Shown: positions 18,995-28,665 of the stretch, in pieces
Layout: every line of letters starts with the position of its first letter
Position numbering within the stretch: the first letter of the stretch is position 1
Assembly: GCA_963711395.1 (NCBI GenBank)
Contig: CAVQEA010000014.1
Location: 15,269-79,268 of the forward strand
DNA from: an uncultured delta proteobacterium
Lineage (GTDB): Bacteria; Desulfobacterota; Binatia; JACPRU01
DNA length: 64,000 nt
Reading direction: 5' to 3'
The notes under the pieces: model-generated
The model's input: only the letters and a program-made list of their open reading frames with translations
The model's database searches: none
Told to the model about the DNA's origin: nothing
Program-made: the position numbers and the translations under genes

Positions 18995-19684
18995 ATGCCG
19001 GTCGTTGTTATCAGTAGGTACCCAGTGCAGTCACTCCAATTGACCTTCGATCGAGCGCCGCGCTTCGTGCTGCTGCTGCTGTCGATCATCACGGAGCTCA
19101 TGATCGCCCCGCTCTTTGCTGGGAGCGAATTGGGCCTGCATGCCGCTCAAGGCCTGGCGATCCTCGTCATGGTGTCGGCTCTGTGGGCCGCCGGCGGGCG
19201 AGCGGCATCGGTGGTGCTCTTCGTTCCAACGATTGTTGTCCATCTGCTCGCGGCATACTGGGGTACCGCTTCAATCCATGTGGCGGCGCTGATACTCCGC
19301 ATCGTCTTCTTCAGCTACACGACGGGGCTCATCGTGTGGCGCACCATGCGCCGGGCGGACGTGACGATCGACACGATCGCAGGGGCGGCGTGCGCGTACA
19401 CCCTCCTCGCCCTGGTGTGGGGCAACGTCTATGTACTCCTCGAGCTCGTCCGCCCGGGATCCTTCAACATCCCCGCTGTCTGGCTGATGGGTGCCTCCCA
19501 CGATCCGGGTGCGGCACTCGTCTACTTCAGCTTCATCACCCTGACGACCGTGGGCTATGGAGACATCACGCCTGTGTGGCCAGGTGCCGGGGGTCTTGCA
19601 GCGGCCGAGGCGATCGTCGGCCAACTCTATCTCGCGATAACGATCGCCCGACTGGTCGGTGTGCACGCGTCGCAGCGGACCTGA
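18995..19684 (+). CDS. potassium-channel-like ion channel (pore TTVGYGD) with extra N-terminal TMs
   Basis: Selectivity-filter-like FSFITLTTVGYGDITP is flanked by TM helices. Paralog of 43855..44478. Confidence 0.75.
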   Translation: MPVVVISRYPVQSLQLTFDRAPRFVLLLLSIITELMIAPLFAGSELGLHAAQGLAILVMVSALWAAGGRAASVVLFVPTIVVHLLAAYWGTASIHVAALILRIVFFSYTTGLIVWRTMRRADVTIDTIAGAACAYTLLALVWGNVYVLLELVRPGSFNIPAVWLMGASHDPGAALVYFSFITLTTVGYGDITPVWPGAGGLAAAEAIVGQLYLAITIARLVGVHASQRT

Positions 19685-19951
19685 TGCGCCGCTACTACAT
19701 GTCGTCAGCACGCTGGCGCGTCGACCGCTACGGCGGCGTGATGACTGGGGTGCAAGCGATCGCGCATCGATGTCAAGGTGCCGGCATTCTCGCGCGAGCA
19801 GCCGCCCGAGCTAGAAGCGCGCGTCAACGAGGCCGTCACAGGCGGCCTCGCCGGCGAAGACGAGTACCGTGGGCGCCCCGAGTTAACCCGGATGTCCGGA
19901 AGGCGCAATGCGGGTAGCCCGCGAAGCGAAGTAAGATCGCGATTTGATTGA

Positions 19952-20035
19952 TGCCGGAAGGGGGACTCGAACCCCCACAGCCTTGCGACTACCGGATTTT
20001 GAGTCCGGCGCGTCTACCAGTTCCGCCATTCCGGC
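19952..20035 (-). tRNA. tRNA-Leu (anticodon CAA), class II with long variable arm
   Basis: The reverse complement folds by hand. Acceptor GCCGGAA/TTCCGGC. Anticodon stem CCGGA/TCCGG with loop CTCAAAA. Variable arm TAGTCGCAAGGCTGT. T-arm GGGGG-TTCGAGT-CCCCC. Discriminator A. No encoded CCA. Confidence 0.9.
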
Positions 20036-20369
20036 CTGTGCTGCGGGTATCAGCGAAGTACCTGACTTTCAAGGTGATCTCGCCGGGGTAGTCGACATGC
20101 ACCATTCCCCCTTCAGGAAGTGGCCTTTTACAAATGGCCGACCCCGTGAATGCGCCCGGCGATCGCGCCGAGGTCTAGTTCTTGGCGCATATTCAGCGAG
20201 GGCGTCTCAGCAAGGGCGCCGGCACCACTCGAGGCGTTCCGTGGCTCGGTGCCAAATTTTGACTCCGAGTTACGCTGGAAAGGATTCCAACTACCTAGGT
20301 TTTCTGAGTTGCGATGAAGCGGCACAGCAGTTGCTCTGGAAACATCATCGAGAGGTTCGGGATAGGCGC

Positions 20370-21479
20370 ATGTTGGACAGGCGTCCGAGGCCCTTCACTC
20401 CAAGCACTCTCGGTTGTTCTTCTCGCGGAGCGAGATGGCCGTTTCTGTCCCCTCGCTCCACGGGCCGGAAGGTTCTCTCTCGGCTGACCATGACGCTGGT
20501 GGGCATTTGTTTCGGCTTTCTCGGTGCCGAGGCTTGGGTGCGGTTCTATGATCCGCATGCTCGCGATCACGTGCTTCCCCCGGGCCTGCTGGAAACGGAT
20601 GCAGACCTCGGCTGGAGACTGACGCCAGGGGCGCAAGGCGTCCACCACTCCCGGTATTTCAACGTCACCTATTCGATCAACGCGCTAGGCTTCCGCGATG
20701 GTCCTCGGATGGTCGTAAAGCACCCCGGCACCGAGAGGATGCTTCTCTACGGCGATTCGGTGATCTTCGGCTGGGGCATCCCCATGAACGAGCGCGTCTC
20801 CAATCGGCTGCAGAGCGCCGACCGAGAGATCTGGAATCTCGCCGTGCCCGGCTACGGCCTCGACCAGGAAATTCTCTCCTATCGCCGAGATGGGCGGACG
20901 CTCGGCGCTGATGAGGTGCTCTTCTTCGTCTCCTCGGCAACCCTGGAGCGTCTCGGTACGTCGTACATCTACAAGAAGCACAAGCCGGTGTTTTTTCTGG
21001 ATAGGACGGGGAATTTGACGCTGAAGCCGCCCCCGAGAGTCGCCATCGGCGCGTGGAACATGCTGCATCGCCTGCTCGACCGATTCTATCTGCCCTATTT
21101 CCTTGACCGTCGATTCGCGGCGTCCAGCAACCCAACCCCGAGTGTGCATGAACTCGGTGACTTGCCGAAGAAGCTGCTCCTGGAGGCGCGGTCCCTCGCG
21201 CTACAAGCTGGCGAGCGGATCATCGTCCTATCCGACCTGCCACCGAGCGCGACAGACGAGATGCGCGACTTTTGCAAGAAGAACGGAATCGGACTTCTAG
21301 AGATTGACCTCGGGGACAATCCCGAGACGCTCAGGTTCGGCAGCGAAGACCCACACTGGGACCTGCAGGCCCAAGCAATCATTGCTGCGCAGATTAGCCC
21401 TCAGCTCGGGGAGCAATCACCGCAACCGTATCGAGCGAACTTTCGCCAAAAGCGCGACGGTCCACGCTTGCACGGTTAG
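20370..21479 (+). CDS. SGNH/GDSL-type hydrolase-like protein with N-terminal membrane anchor
   Basis: LLYGDSVIFGWG (block I GDS) and hydrophobic LTMTLVGICFGFLGAEAW. The start is ambiguous (20370 or 20490). The ORF-track extension back to 19944 overlaps the tRNA and is not credible. Confidence 0.6.
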   Translation: MLDRRPRPFTPSTLGCSSRGARWPFLSPRSTGRKVLSRLTMTLVGICFGFLGAEAWVRFYDPHARDHVLPPGLLETDADLGWRLTPGAQGVHHSRYFNVTYSINALGFRDGPRMVVKHPGTERMLLYGDSVIFGWGIPMNERVSNRLQSADREIWNLAVPGYGLDQEILSYRRDGRTLGADEVLFFVSSATLERLGTSYIYKKHKPVFFLDRTGNLTLKPPPRVAIGAWNMLHRLLDRFYLPYFLDRRFAASSNPTPSVHELGDLPKKLLLEARSLALQAGERIIVLSDLPPSATDEMRDFCKKNGIGLLEIDLGDNPETLRFGSEDPHWDLQAQAIIAAQISPQLGEQSPQPYRANFRQKRDGPRLHG

Positions 21480-21668
21480 TGTTGAGCGCCGCCCTTTCGG
21501 GCCGATCCGCCGGAACTCGACAACCTCGCAAGCTTCCGCTCTTTCCCTCCCCACGGTGGCTCAGTTTCCCAACACATGGCATACTGAAGTCTCGCGGATT
21601 TGAGGATGGGCATGGGTGGGTGTGCAGGTATAAGAGAGGATCTACATTCCGGTACGACTCCTATCGGA

Positions 21669-22484
21669 ATGCTCAAATCTCTTCTCGTCCTTGGCGCACT
21701 AGTCCTTACCGCTCTGAAGCTTCCGCTCGTGCATGACTCGCACGCTGCCGTCGAAATCATCGCGCATCGCGGCGCATCGCACGACGCACCGGAAAATACA
21801 GTCGCGTCGTTTAAGCTCGGTTGGGAGCAGAAAGCAGACGCCGACGAGCTCGACACACGCCTTACCCAAGACGGACAGGCCGTGGTGATTCACGATGCCA
21901 ACACTAAACGCACCACCGGTGTGGCTCTTGGGGTCGCGACTTCGACGATAGCCGAGTTGCGTTCGCTCGACGCCGGAGCCTGGAAAGGCTCGCAATGGAC
22001 CGGGGAGAAACTTCCGACGCTCGCCGAGGCTGTGGCGACCATCCCAGATGGAAAACGTCTGTTCGTCGATATCAAGTGTCGCTCCGAGGCGCTGCCTGAA
22101 CTAGAACACGTGCTCACGTCATCCGGCAAGAAATCGGCACAGTTCGCCATCATCGGTTTCGACTACGCCACCATGCAACAGGCGAAGAAACAGTTCCCCG
22201 GCTTGGAAGTATATTGGCTGGCGTCCACCGCAACCGAGATGAACGGAGCGATGCCGACAGTTGAAGCATTAGTCGAAAGGGCCGCAGCCGCCGGCTTCGA
22301 TGGGCTCGATCTGGAGTACACGTTTCCGATCGATCGTGAGTTCGCATCGAAGATCAAAGCGGCTGGTTTGAAGTTCTACGTCTGGACGGTGGACGACGAC
22401 GCCGTGGCTAGGAAACTCGTCGCGGCGGGCGTCGACGGCATCACGACCAACCGGCCCGAGTGGCTGCGAGAACATCTCAAGTGA
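21669..22484 (+). CDS. glycerophosphodiester phosphodiesterase family protein (secreted)
   Basis: Signal-like MLKSLLVLGALVLTAL, then EIIAHRGASHDAPENT, ELDTRLTQDGQAVVIHD and GVDGITTNRP. Confidence 0.85.
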   Translation: MLKSLLVLGALVLTALKLPLVHDSHAAVEIIAHRGASHDAPENTVASFKLGWEQKADADELDTRLTQDGQAVVIHDANTKRTTGVALGVATSTIAELRSLDAGAWKGSQWTGEKLPTLAEAVATIPDGKRLFVDIKCRSEALPELEHVLTSSGKKSAQFAIIGFDYATMQQAKKQFPGLEVYWLASTATEMNGAMPTVEALVERAAAAGFDGLDLEYTFPIDREFASKIKAAGLKFYVWTVDDDAVARKLVAAGVDGITTNRPEWLREHLK

Positions 22485-22781
22485 CATCTCCTTGTCTCCG
22501 CGCGAAATTCCCGCCGTGTCCCTGCACGACGTGCCGCTCGAGCTCACCTGCGTCTGACGGTTCAGCCCTCCCTCGTGTCAGATCTCGCAGCGACCCTTGT
22601 TCAGGAAATGAAACAGTGAGAAGGCGGAAGATCCGCCACGTCGAGAGACGGCGCGGGCAACCAGCGCGCCTCGGCGCAGTACGGTCTGGCAACTCATGGC
22701 CCGCCTCCGTCCCGGTGGGCGGAATCAGGCCTTCATGGCTCAGGCAGCGAGATCGACGATTCCCCGTCCTCCCGGCGCAAC

Positions 22782-23237
22782 ATGCTGCTCGAGGGCGCAA
22801 ATCTGGAACTGGTCCTGCTTGGTAACCTGCGGCCGAACGGGATCCTTCTTCACGTCGCGCGTTCGAGTTGGCGGACTCCCGACGCCTTCAAGGAGGCAAT
22901 GGGGGCGCTGAAACGGTACGTCATGGAGTGGTACCACCGCGTCGGCTGCGCACACTACCTCGCTGCCGTCGTTGAGGCCGCCATTCACGAGGTCAAAGGC
23001 ATCGCGGACGTGATCGAACCGGTCGACATGTCTTCGGCCCCTGATTGGCTGCCCGAAGGCCCGCGCCGCCTCGGGTCGGCGATCTTCTACCAGGCAGCCG
23101 TCCTTCATCATCTGGCCGGGAACCGCGAGAAGGCGATCACCAGGACGAAGGACTGGCTCGGGGCGATTCCGGCTCAGAATACCGCCGAAAAGGCGATGGC
23201 GCAGGCGCAGTTGTCCGCCCTCACTCGGCCTCACTGA
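22782..23237 (+). CDS. hypothetical protein
   Basis: 151 aa with balanced composition, unlike the overlapping Arg-rich minus ORF 22740..23453. No family recognised. Confidence 0.4.
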   Translation: MLLEGANLELVLLGNLRPNGILLHVARSSWRTPDAFKEAMGALKRYVMEWYHRVGCAHYLAAVVEAAIHEVKGIADVIEPVDMSSAPDWLPEGPRRLGSAIFYQAAVLHHLAGNREKAITRTKDWLGAIPAQNTAEKAMAQAQLSALTRPH

Positions 23238-23476
23238 AGTCTCGCGCAGACCGCGAAGCGTTTGGGTACTCTGATGACGATGCCTTCGAATTGCCCCCGT
23301 CCTTGGCGATCTCGAACTATCGTCAATTCTGTTTAGACGAATCGCCGGTCGCGCCAGCGATTCACCATTCTCGTGCGCCAAGTTCAGCATCTTCCAGGCT
23401 TGATCGTGCGCGACATAGCTGTAACTGTCAGGCCAGCGAGTCGCAAATGACATTCTTTTAGAGAAAAGGAGGGCGA

Positions 23477-23918
23477 ATGCCGAAGGGGAGAAGAAAGCAA
23501 AAGGTCGGGATCGACATACTCGGGTTGGTGATGAAAGCCCGTGAAGCCAGCAGGGGCGCGCTTGGACATCTGCGCAAGGAGATCCGCGCGGCGAGAAACT
23601 GGCTCGAGAAGCTCATTGCGGAGGAGCGAAGCTTCCGGCTCGACCTCTTCGGGTCGGGCGGCCCTGGCAGGCCACGGGTGGTCGGCAAGTCACCGAAGGC
23701 TGGGCGAGCAGCGAGCGGGAAAGCTCCCGCGCGGAAGGCGAAACCTCGTCGTAAGGGACCTCCTAAAGCGGATCAGTTCTTCGCCAAGCTGCCGAGCAAG
23801 TTCACGATCGACGACGTCCGGAAGCTCGCTGGGAAAGCGACCGGGAGTGAGCTTGGCGCAGTGGGCGAGAGCGAAGAAGGTGAAGAAGACGGCCGACGGG
23901 TATCAGAAAGTCGCGTAG
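23477..23918 (+). CDS. hypothetical basic (Lys/Arg/Pro-rich) protein, one frameshift near 23845
   Basis: Strong RBS AAAGGAGGG lies 5 nt before the ATG. Sequence MPKGRRKQKVGIDILG...KAKPRRKGPPKADQFFAKLPSKFTIDDVRKLAGKATG continues in ORF 23541..23918 as VSLAQWARAKKVKKTADGYQKVA. Confidence 0.45.
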
Positions 23919-24190
23919 GCGCTCACCCATCGCAGTCAGATTGTTGCGCTGCGCCACTGCGCCCAGAGCGAGCTTTCTCGTATCAGACGCCGCCTCTCGC
24001 TGCCGAGACTCTGACTTCTCGATCATGATGGCCGGAGGGGGAGCTACCTCGTACAGCTTCCCCGCCGGCGGAACCTTTGTTAGTGGTAGGGGACTCCCCT
24101 CATAGCATTCATGTCTTCCACGGTACTTGTATGTGCTCAGGCCGCGCCACCAGCAGTGAACGAAGGCGCGCGATTACGGAGGTGGAGCAC

Positions 24191-24445
24191 ATGCTGTTCA
24201 GGGTTGTTTGTGCTCCTTGTCGGCTGTCGACGCTCTGGACCGACGATCCCGAGGGGTTTCTGAGCGCCACCTGCAATCACCCGAGACGCTGCGAAGCGTT
24301 GCTCTCGGACGACGACTTCCCCTCGCTCCACTCCAGCAGCACCGTCACAGCGGCTTCGCGCAGTTCTGCGGCGTCAAGCGCGGTACTGCTCTCTACGGAA
24401 CCCGACCCGCCGCGTGCCGAACAGCATGTTAAGTTGACGCCATGA
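24191..24445 (+). CDS. hypothetical small Cys-rich protein
   Basis: GGAGG lies 8 nt upstream of the ATG at 24191. Sequence MLFRVVCAPCRLS...TCNHPRRCEAL. The stop overlaps the next start (ATGA at 24442-24445). Confidence 0.3.
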   Translation: MLFRVVCAPCRLSTLWTDDPEGFLSATCNHPRRCEALLSDDDFPSLHSSSTVTAASRSSAASSAVLLSTEPDPPRAEQHVKLTP

Positions 24446-24729
24446 CAAATCGGCCATGTTGGAGCCCGATCTGGCCGAGCGTGCTGGCCAGGGGGAAAAA
24501 AGACGTGCTGTCCGAGATGGACTTTGCGTATGATTTCGACGGTGACATGTTCGTTCACTTGCAGCTCAGGACGGCGCTCTCTTTTGATGCCATATCGGAT
24601 ATGCAGCTCGACGAGCTGAAGGTTGTCTTGAGCGGAAAGGGTAACCCGAGGGACATTGAGCTTCGATTCAGAGGAGAACCGCCGGAGGGACTTCGCGAGC
24701 TCTTGATCGAGCGATATGGGTGGGGCTGA
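24442..24729 (+). CDS. hypothetical small protein, coupled to 24191..24445
   Basis: 95 aa (or 70 aa from MDFAYDFDGDMFVHL at 24517). Non-shadow composition. No family recognised. Confidence 0.35.
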   Translation: MTNRPCWSPIWPSVLARGKKDVLSEMDFAYDFDGDMFVHLQLRTALSFDAISDMQLDELKVVLSGKGNPRDIELRFRGEPPEGLRELLIERYGWG

Positions 24730-24870
24730 GATCCTCCAGTGAGTGCCCTTCATCGACCTCACCGCATCGTCTCAAAGCTCGACTACGCTCCGCCTTCATG
24801 ATCACCTTGGGATCGCGCGCCGGAACGAGGGACATTGCTGCCATTACCTCGGAATATCGTAGGAGAGACG

Positions 24871-25929
24871 ATGAAAATGCAGAGCTACGTCGAAGCGCTC
24901 GCCGAGCCAACATGGAGCATCGCCGGCGACTCGATGAAGACGACCTTCGACTACGACTACGCGGCCGGCCGCGAGAAGCTGCTCAACCTTTACCAAAAGG
25001 GCAAGGACCTGCAGTGGGACAGCGGCAAACGCATCGACTGGACACGCGAGATCAACATGGAGAATCCTCTCGGCGTTCCCGACGAGTTCATGCCGATCTT
25101 CGGCTCCCCCACGTGGGAGCGCCTCAATGCGAAGGAACGAGGCAACGTCCGGCGGCACATGACGGCGTGGCAGTTCTCCCAGTTCCTGCACGGTGAGCAG
25201 GGAGCGCTGGTATGCACCGCCAAGATCGTGCAGACCGTACCGATGATCGATTCGAAGTTCTACGCGGCGACCCAGGTGATGGACGAGGCCCGCCACGTCG
25301 AGACCTACTCACGCTATCTGCGCGAGAAGATCGATCTGGCCTACCCGATGAATCCGCATCTCGCAGAGCTCCTCGGCCAGATACTCCGCGATTCGCGCTG
25401 GGACATGACCTACCTCGGCATGCAGATCATGATCGAGGGGGTGGCGCTCGGGGCCTTCGGAACGATCCGTGACAACGCGACCGAGCCGACCGCGCGCGAA
25501 GTCAACGCCTACGTGATGCAGGACGAGGCCCGTCACGTGGCGTTCGGTCTATTGGCGCTGCGCGACCACTATCCGCAGCTGACTGACAAGGAGCGAGACG
25601 AACGTGAGCAGTTCTGCGCCGAAGCAGCGTATCTGTTGCGCGATCGCTTCCTCGCGCAGGAAGTTTGGCGGAAGCTCGACTACGACGCCGAGGAATGTTG
25701 TCGCTACGTCGAGGAATCCGAGCTTCTGCGATTCTATCGCCGATCGCTGTTCATGCGCATCGTACCGACGTTGAAGAGCATCGGGCTCTGGGGGAAGCGC
25801 ATCCAAGCCGCGTTCAAGGACATGGGCGTGCTCGAGTTCGCCTCCTTGAATCCCGAGGAAGGCATGCGCGCGGACGAGTCGGAAGCGCTACGCCTCGAGC
25901 AGGAGCTTCGCAAGGATCGCGCGGCCTAG
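24871..25929 (+). CDS. ferritin-like diiron oxygenase (AurF-like family)
   Basis: RBS AGGAGA lies before the ATG at 24871. Carboxylate/His ligand pattern is HGEQGA, MDEARHVE, MIEGVAL, MQDEARHVAFG (E, ExxH, E, ExxH). Confidence 0.75.
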   Translation: MKMQSYVEALAEPTWSIAGDSMKTTFDYDYAAGREKLLNLYQKGKDLQWDSGKRIDWTREINMENPLGVPDEFMPIFGSPTWERLNAKERGNVRRHMTAWQFSQFLHGEQGALVCTAKIVQTVPMIDSKFYAATQVMDEARHVETYSRYLREKIDLAYPMNPHLAELLGQILRDSRWDMTYLGMQIMIEGVALGAFGTIRDNATEPTAREVNAYVMQDEARHVAFGLLALRDHYPQLTDKERDEREQFCAEAAYLLRDRFLAQEVWRKLDYDAEECCRYVEESELLRFYRRSLFMRIVPTLKSIGLWGKRIQAAFKDMGVLEFASLNPEEGMRADESEALRLEQELRKDRAA

Positions 25930-25964
25930 GCTAGTCGATGGATGTAAGAAGGAAGCGGTGCGGC

Positions 25965-26672
25965 TCAGGCTTTGGCTTTGTCTAGCACGCCGCCCGTCTG
26001 GAACAGGAAACCAGCAGCGCCGGCGCCGATCAGCGGGGCGATGATGAAGAGCCAGAGCTTGGCGGCGGCTTCTGGACGGCTCGCGATGCCAACGAGCGCC
26101 GGGCCGATCGAGCGAGCGGGGTTGACGGACGTGCCGGTGATGTTGATGCCGACGAGGTGAATGACGACGAGCGTGAGCCCGATGGCAAGGCCGGCGAAGC
26201 CGGTCGGCGCAGAGGGATGCGTGACGCCGAGAATACAGACGAGGAACAGGAAAGTGCCGACCACCTCAAAGACGAAGGCCGAAGCCACGTTGTACTCGCC
26301 AAGATAGCCTGCGCCCCAGCCGTTCTGGCCGAGTCCGCCCGTCCAGCCCTGCGCCTTGCCGGACAGGATGATGTAAAGGACCGCCGCTCCGACGATCGCC
26401 CCGAACACCTGCGCGATCCAGTAGCCGATCATCTCGCTCGCGCTCATGCGGCCGGCGACGAAGACCCCGAAGCTGACCGCCGGGTTGACGTGGCAGCCTG
26501 AAATCGGGCCGATGCCGTAGGCCATCGCGACGATCGCAAACCCGAAGGCGCTCGCTACTCCGAGCAGGTTGATGGCGGCGACGCCCGATCCCATGCTTCC
26601 GACCACCGCCGCCCCGCAGCCGAAAAACACAAGAGCGAAGGTTCCAACGAATTCTGCGACTTGCTTATTCAT
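25965..26672 (-). CDS. aqpZ: aquaporin Z
   Basis: MNKQVAEFVGTFALVFFGCG. Two NPA boxes (SGCHVNPAVS and GTSVNPARS). Length is typical for AqpZ. Confidence 0.92.
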   Translation of the reverse strand: MNKQVAEFVGTFALVFFGCGAAVVGSMGSGVAAINLLGVASAFGFAIVAMAYGIGPISGCHVNPAVSFGVFVAGRMSASEMIGYWIAQVFGAIVGAAVLYIILSGKAQGWTGGLGQNGWGAGYLGEYNVASAFVFEVVGTFLFLVCILGVTHPSAPTGFAGLAIGLTLVVIHLVGINITGTSVNPARSIGPALVGIASRPEAAAKLWLFIIAPLIGAGAAGFLFQTGGVLDKAKA

Positions 26673-26979
26673 GTAAAGCGCCCCCCGATGGCGCGCCAAG
26701 AACGCGCCGGAATCAAGCCGACGGATGCCAGCCTTGCACCGGCTGAGACTGTTGGAATTGATGGACTCGCGTGCCGCTCGCGCTCACCTCCGTGTGACGC
26801 TCGGCCTTCGATCAAGCTTCCGAAGGAGCTCGACTCATGAATGTGCGGCCCTGTCGGATGTCGAACTGGGAAGTTCTAAGCCAGCAAACCTGATTGTCGC
26901 CACGGTGGGACGCCGAGGTTTCGGCGCCCCACCAGAGTATGCTCGCTACCTCACTGCCGACGTACCAGCCTTACCAGAC

Positions 26980-27381
26980 CTACCGCCACTCCCATGCCTT
27001 CAACTTACCGTTGCCGTCGGCGTCGGCCTCGTACTCGAAGACGACGGCGATGCCGTTCAAACCCTTCCAGACCTCGGCCTGGGTCTGATAGTAGACGGCG
27101 CCGCGATAGCGGACGCCGCCGTGGCCGAGGAGCTGGCCGACTCCCTGTCCTTTCCAGCTCGCTGTTTCGCCCGCCTTGCCGATATCGATTCCCTGTCCCT
27201 CGATGGAGAGGATGCCGTCGGGGCGAACCGTTGCGGTGTACGTGCTGTTCCCGCGCATCTCGACGCCGAGGAGCTTTCCCGTCCCTTGGCCCGAGACCTC
27301 GACGCGCGGCGGCCCGTCGCCCGGAAGTACACGGCGGACGATGACTTTCCCTGTTCCCTCAGCGATCTGTTCACCAAGCAT
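26980..27381 (-). CDS. conserved-looking small hypothetical protein (beta-rich)
   Basis: AAGGAG lies 7 nt before the ATG. 133 aa: MLGEQIAEGTGKVIVRRVLPG...WKGQGVGQ...YRGAVYYQT...VFEYEADADGNGKLKAWEWR. Family name not recalled. Confidence 0.55.
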   Translation of the reverse strand: MLGEQIAEGTGKVIVRRVLPGDGPPRVEVSGQGTGKLLGVEMRGNSTYTATVRPDGILSIEGQGIDIGKAGETASWKGQGVGQLLGHGGVRYRGAVYYQTQAEVWKGLNGIAVVFEYEADADGNGKLKAWEWR

Positions 27382-27729
27382 GAGCGTCTCCTTTTGCGGC
27401 CCGGATTCATCCGAGCCGTACTACAATGGGGGAGAACTGCAGCGGTCCCCCCGTAGCGCCGGCCACGTCGCCGACGCAGCTTCTTCACCCGTACGCCTTA
27501 TCAGCGAAGAAGGATAGCCCACTTCAAAATCTGCCGTCCTGTCCCCGCAACTATGAAGGGGACGTGACCGTCTTCACACCCGCTGCCGTGCCACGTGTCC
27601 GTGTGTAGACCCCCTTGATGCTCAACCGCGCTGCCACGTCTAACGGTGTAGCTCCGCTGCTGGTCGGATCACGCCGACGCTTGTCGCAGCGTGACCATAC
27701 TGACCATTGCCACTTCGACCCGAAAGCCG

Positions 27730-27846
27730 TTACTTCGCAATGAGCATGACGCCGACCACCGCGAACACCACCGCCGCTACACGCTTCGTCAGCTCGGGCC
27801 GGAGTGCACTTCCCGCCCAGGAGCCAAGAGGGACGACGATGGCCAT
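27730..27846 (-). CDS. 38-aa hydrophobic ORF resembling a TauE/SafE-type C-terminal helix
   Basis: MAIVVPLGSWAGSALRPELTKRVAAVVFAVVGVMLIAK. The start overlaps the upstream stop (TGATG). Below the ORF-track length cutoff; may be a gene remnant. Confidence 0.2.
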   Translation of the reverse strand: MAIVVPLGSWAGSALRPELTKRVAAVVFAVVGVMLIAK

Positions 27847-28210
27847 CAGTCGGCCTCCACGATATCACGCAAGTGCTGCATAAGGTTCTGCTTGGCCGCC
27901 TGTGCGGCGACGCGTCCGAGGTAAGGATCGAGCTTCTCGAGAAGCTCGTCGTCGACGTCGAAGAGGGCGCGCGCGTCCTCGACCGTGAGCTCGGTGAATG
28001 CGTCGTTGACGACTGAGACGACCCTCAAGACCTTGAAGACCTCGAGCTCCTTGACCTTGGGGTTGAACTTCACCTCGACGTTGAACTGCATCCCGACTTG
28101 CTCGCGCACGGCGCGAGCATCGAGTCCTCGACCGCTTCCCAGATCAGCTTTTTGCTGATCCCCTTCTCCATGCTCACCGCCTCGATGACATGTTCGACCT
28201 CGGGATGCAT
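27846..28210 (-). CDS. stand-alone NusA N-terminal (RNAP-binding) domain homolog, one frameshift near 28112
   Basis: MHPEVEHVIEAVSMEKGISKKLIWEAVEDSMLA, then a frame change, then [31 protein letters not shown]...LTVEDARAL...[24 protein letters not shown]. It matches the NusA NTD by eye, including the terminal (F)GRIAAQTAKQVI.QK.REAE motif. No S1/KH domains follow. Confidence 0.65.
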
Positions 28211-28294
28211 TGTGAGATCTCCTTCCCGCGAAGAACTAATGCGACGACAGTAGCGTCAAGCCTTTCTTGCTACCTGCCGCCGCATGGACGGAAG

Positions 28295-28519
28295 TCAGAG
28301 GTAGAGGAGAAACAGCTGTGTGAATCCGTTCTGCTGAAAGACTGCCGGAGCGTCTTTCCAGAAGAGCGGATTTTCATATCCGGGAAGTCCGCACGCGCAC
28401 CTACCGCACTGAGGGCACAGCTTCGAGGGGTTAGCGTGGCCGCACCACGCACTTCGAAAGAGCTCAAAGCTCCTTTGGCAAGACGGGCAGCTCACGGTAT
28501 GACTTACGTGCGCAATCAT
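28295..28519 (-). CDS. hypothetical zinc-ribbon protein
   Basis: MIAHVSHTVSCPSCQRSFELFRSAWCGHANPSKLCPQCGRCACG, with multiple CxxC pairs. Confidence 0.4.
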   Translation of the reverse strand: MIAHVSHTVSCPSCQRSFELFRSAWCGHANPSKLCPQCGRCACGLPGYENPLFWKDAPAVFQQNGFTQLFLLYL

Positions 28520-28665
28520 CGAAACCCTGCACAAATTGCTCTGGCGTCATTGTCGTCTTGCCGAACGACGATCGGAATCAGGGAAAACCCCTAGACTTCT
28601 GGCGGCGGCGCTGCTCAGGGCAACACCCTATTACCCGCGCCCCGCGCTCCTGCCACGGTCGGCGT

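Noticed and set aside
19944-20369. N-terminal 140-180 aa of ORF 19944..21479 overlapping the tRNA-Leu gene
   Set aside because: This part translates the antisense of a tRNA and adjacent non-coding DNA into low-complexity sequence. The credible SGNH-hydrolase sequence begins at the Met codons at 20370 or 20490.
22740-23453. 237-aa minus-strand ORF in the accessory region
   Set aside because: Composition is Arg-rich and shadow-like. The opposite-strand ORF 22782..23237 has more protein-like composition. Neither has homology, so confidence in both is limited.
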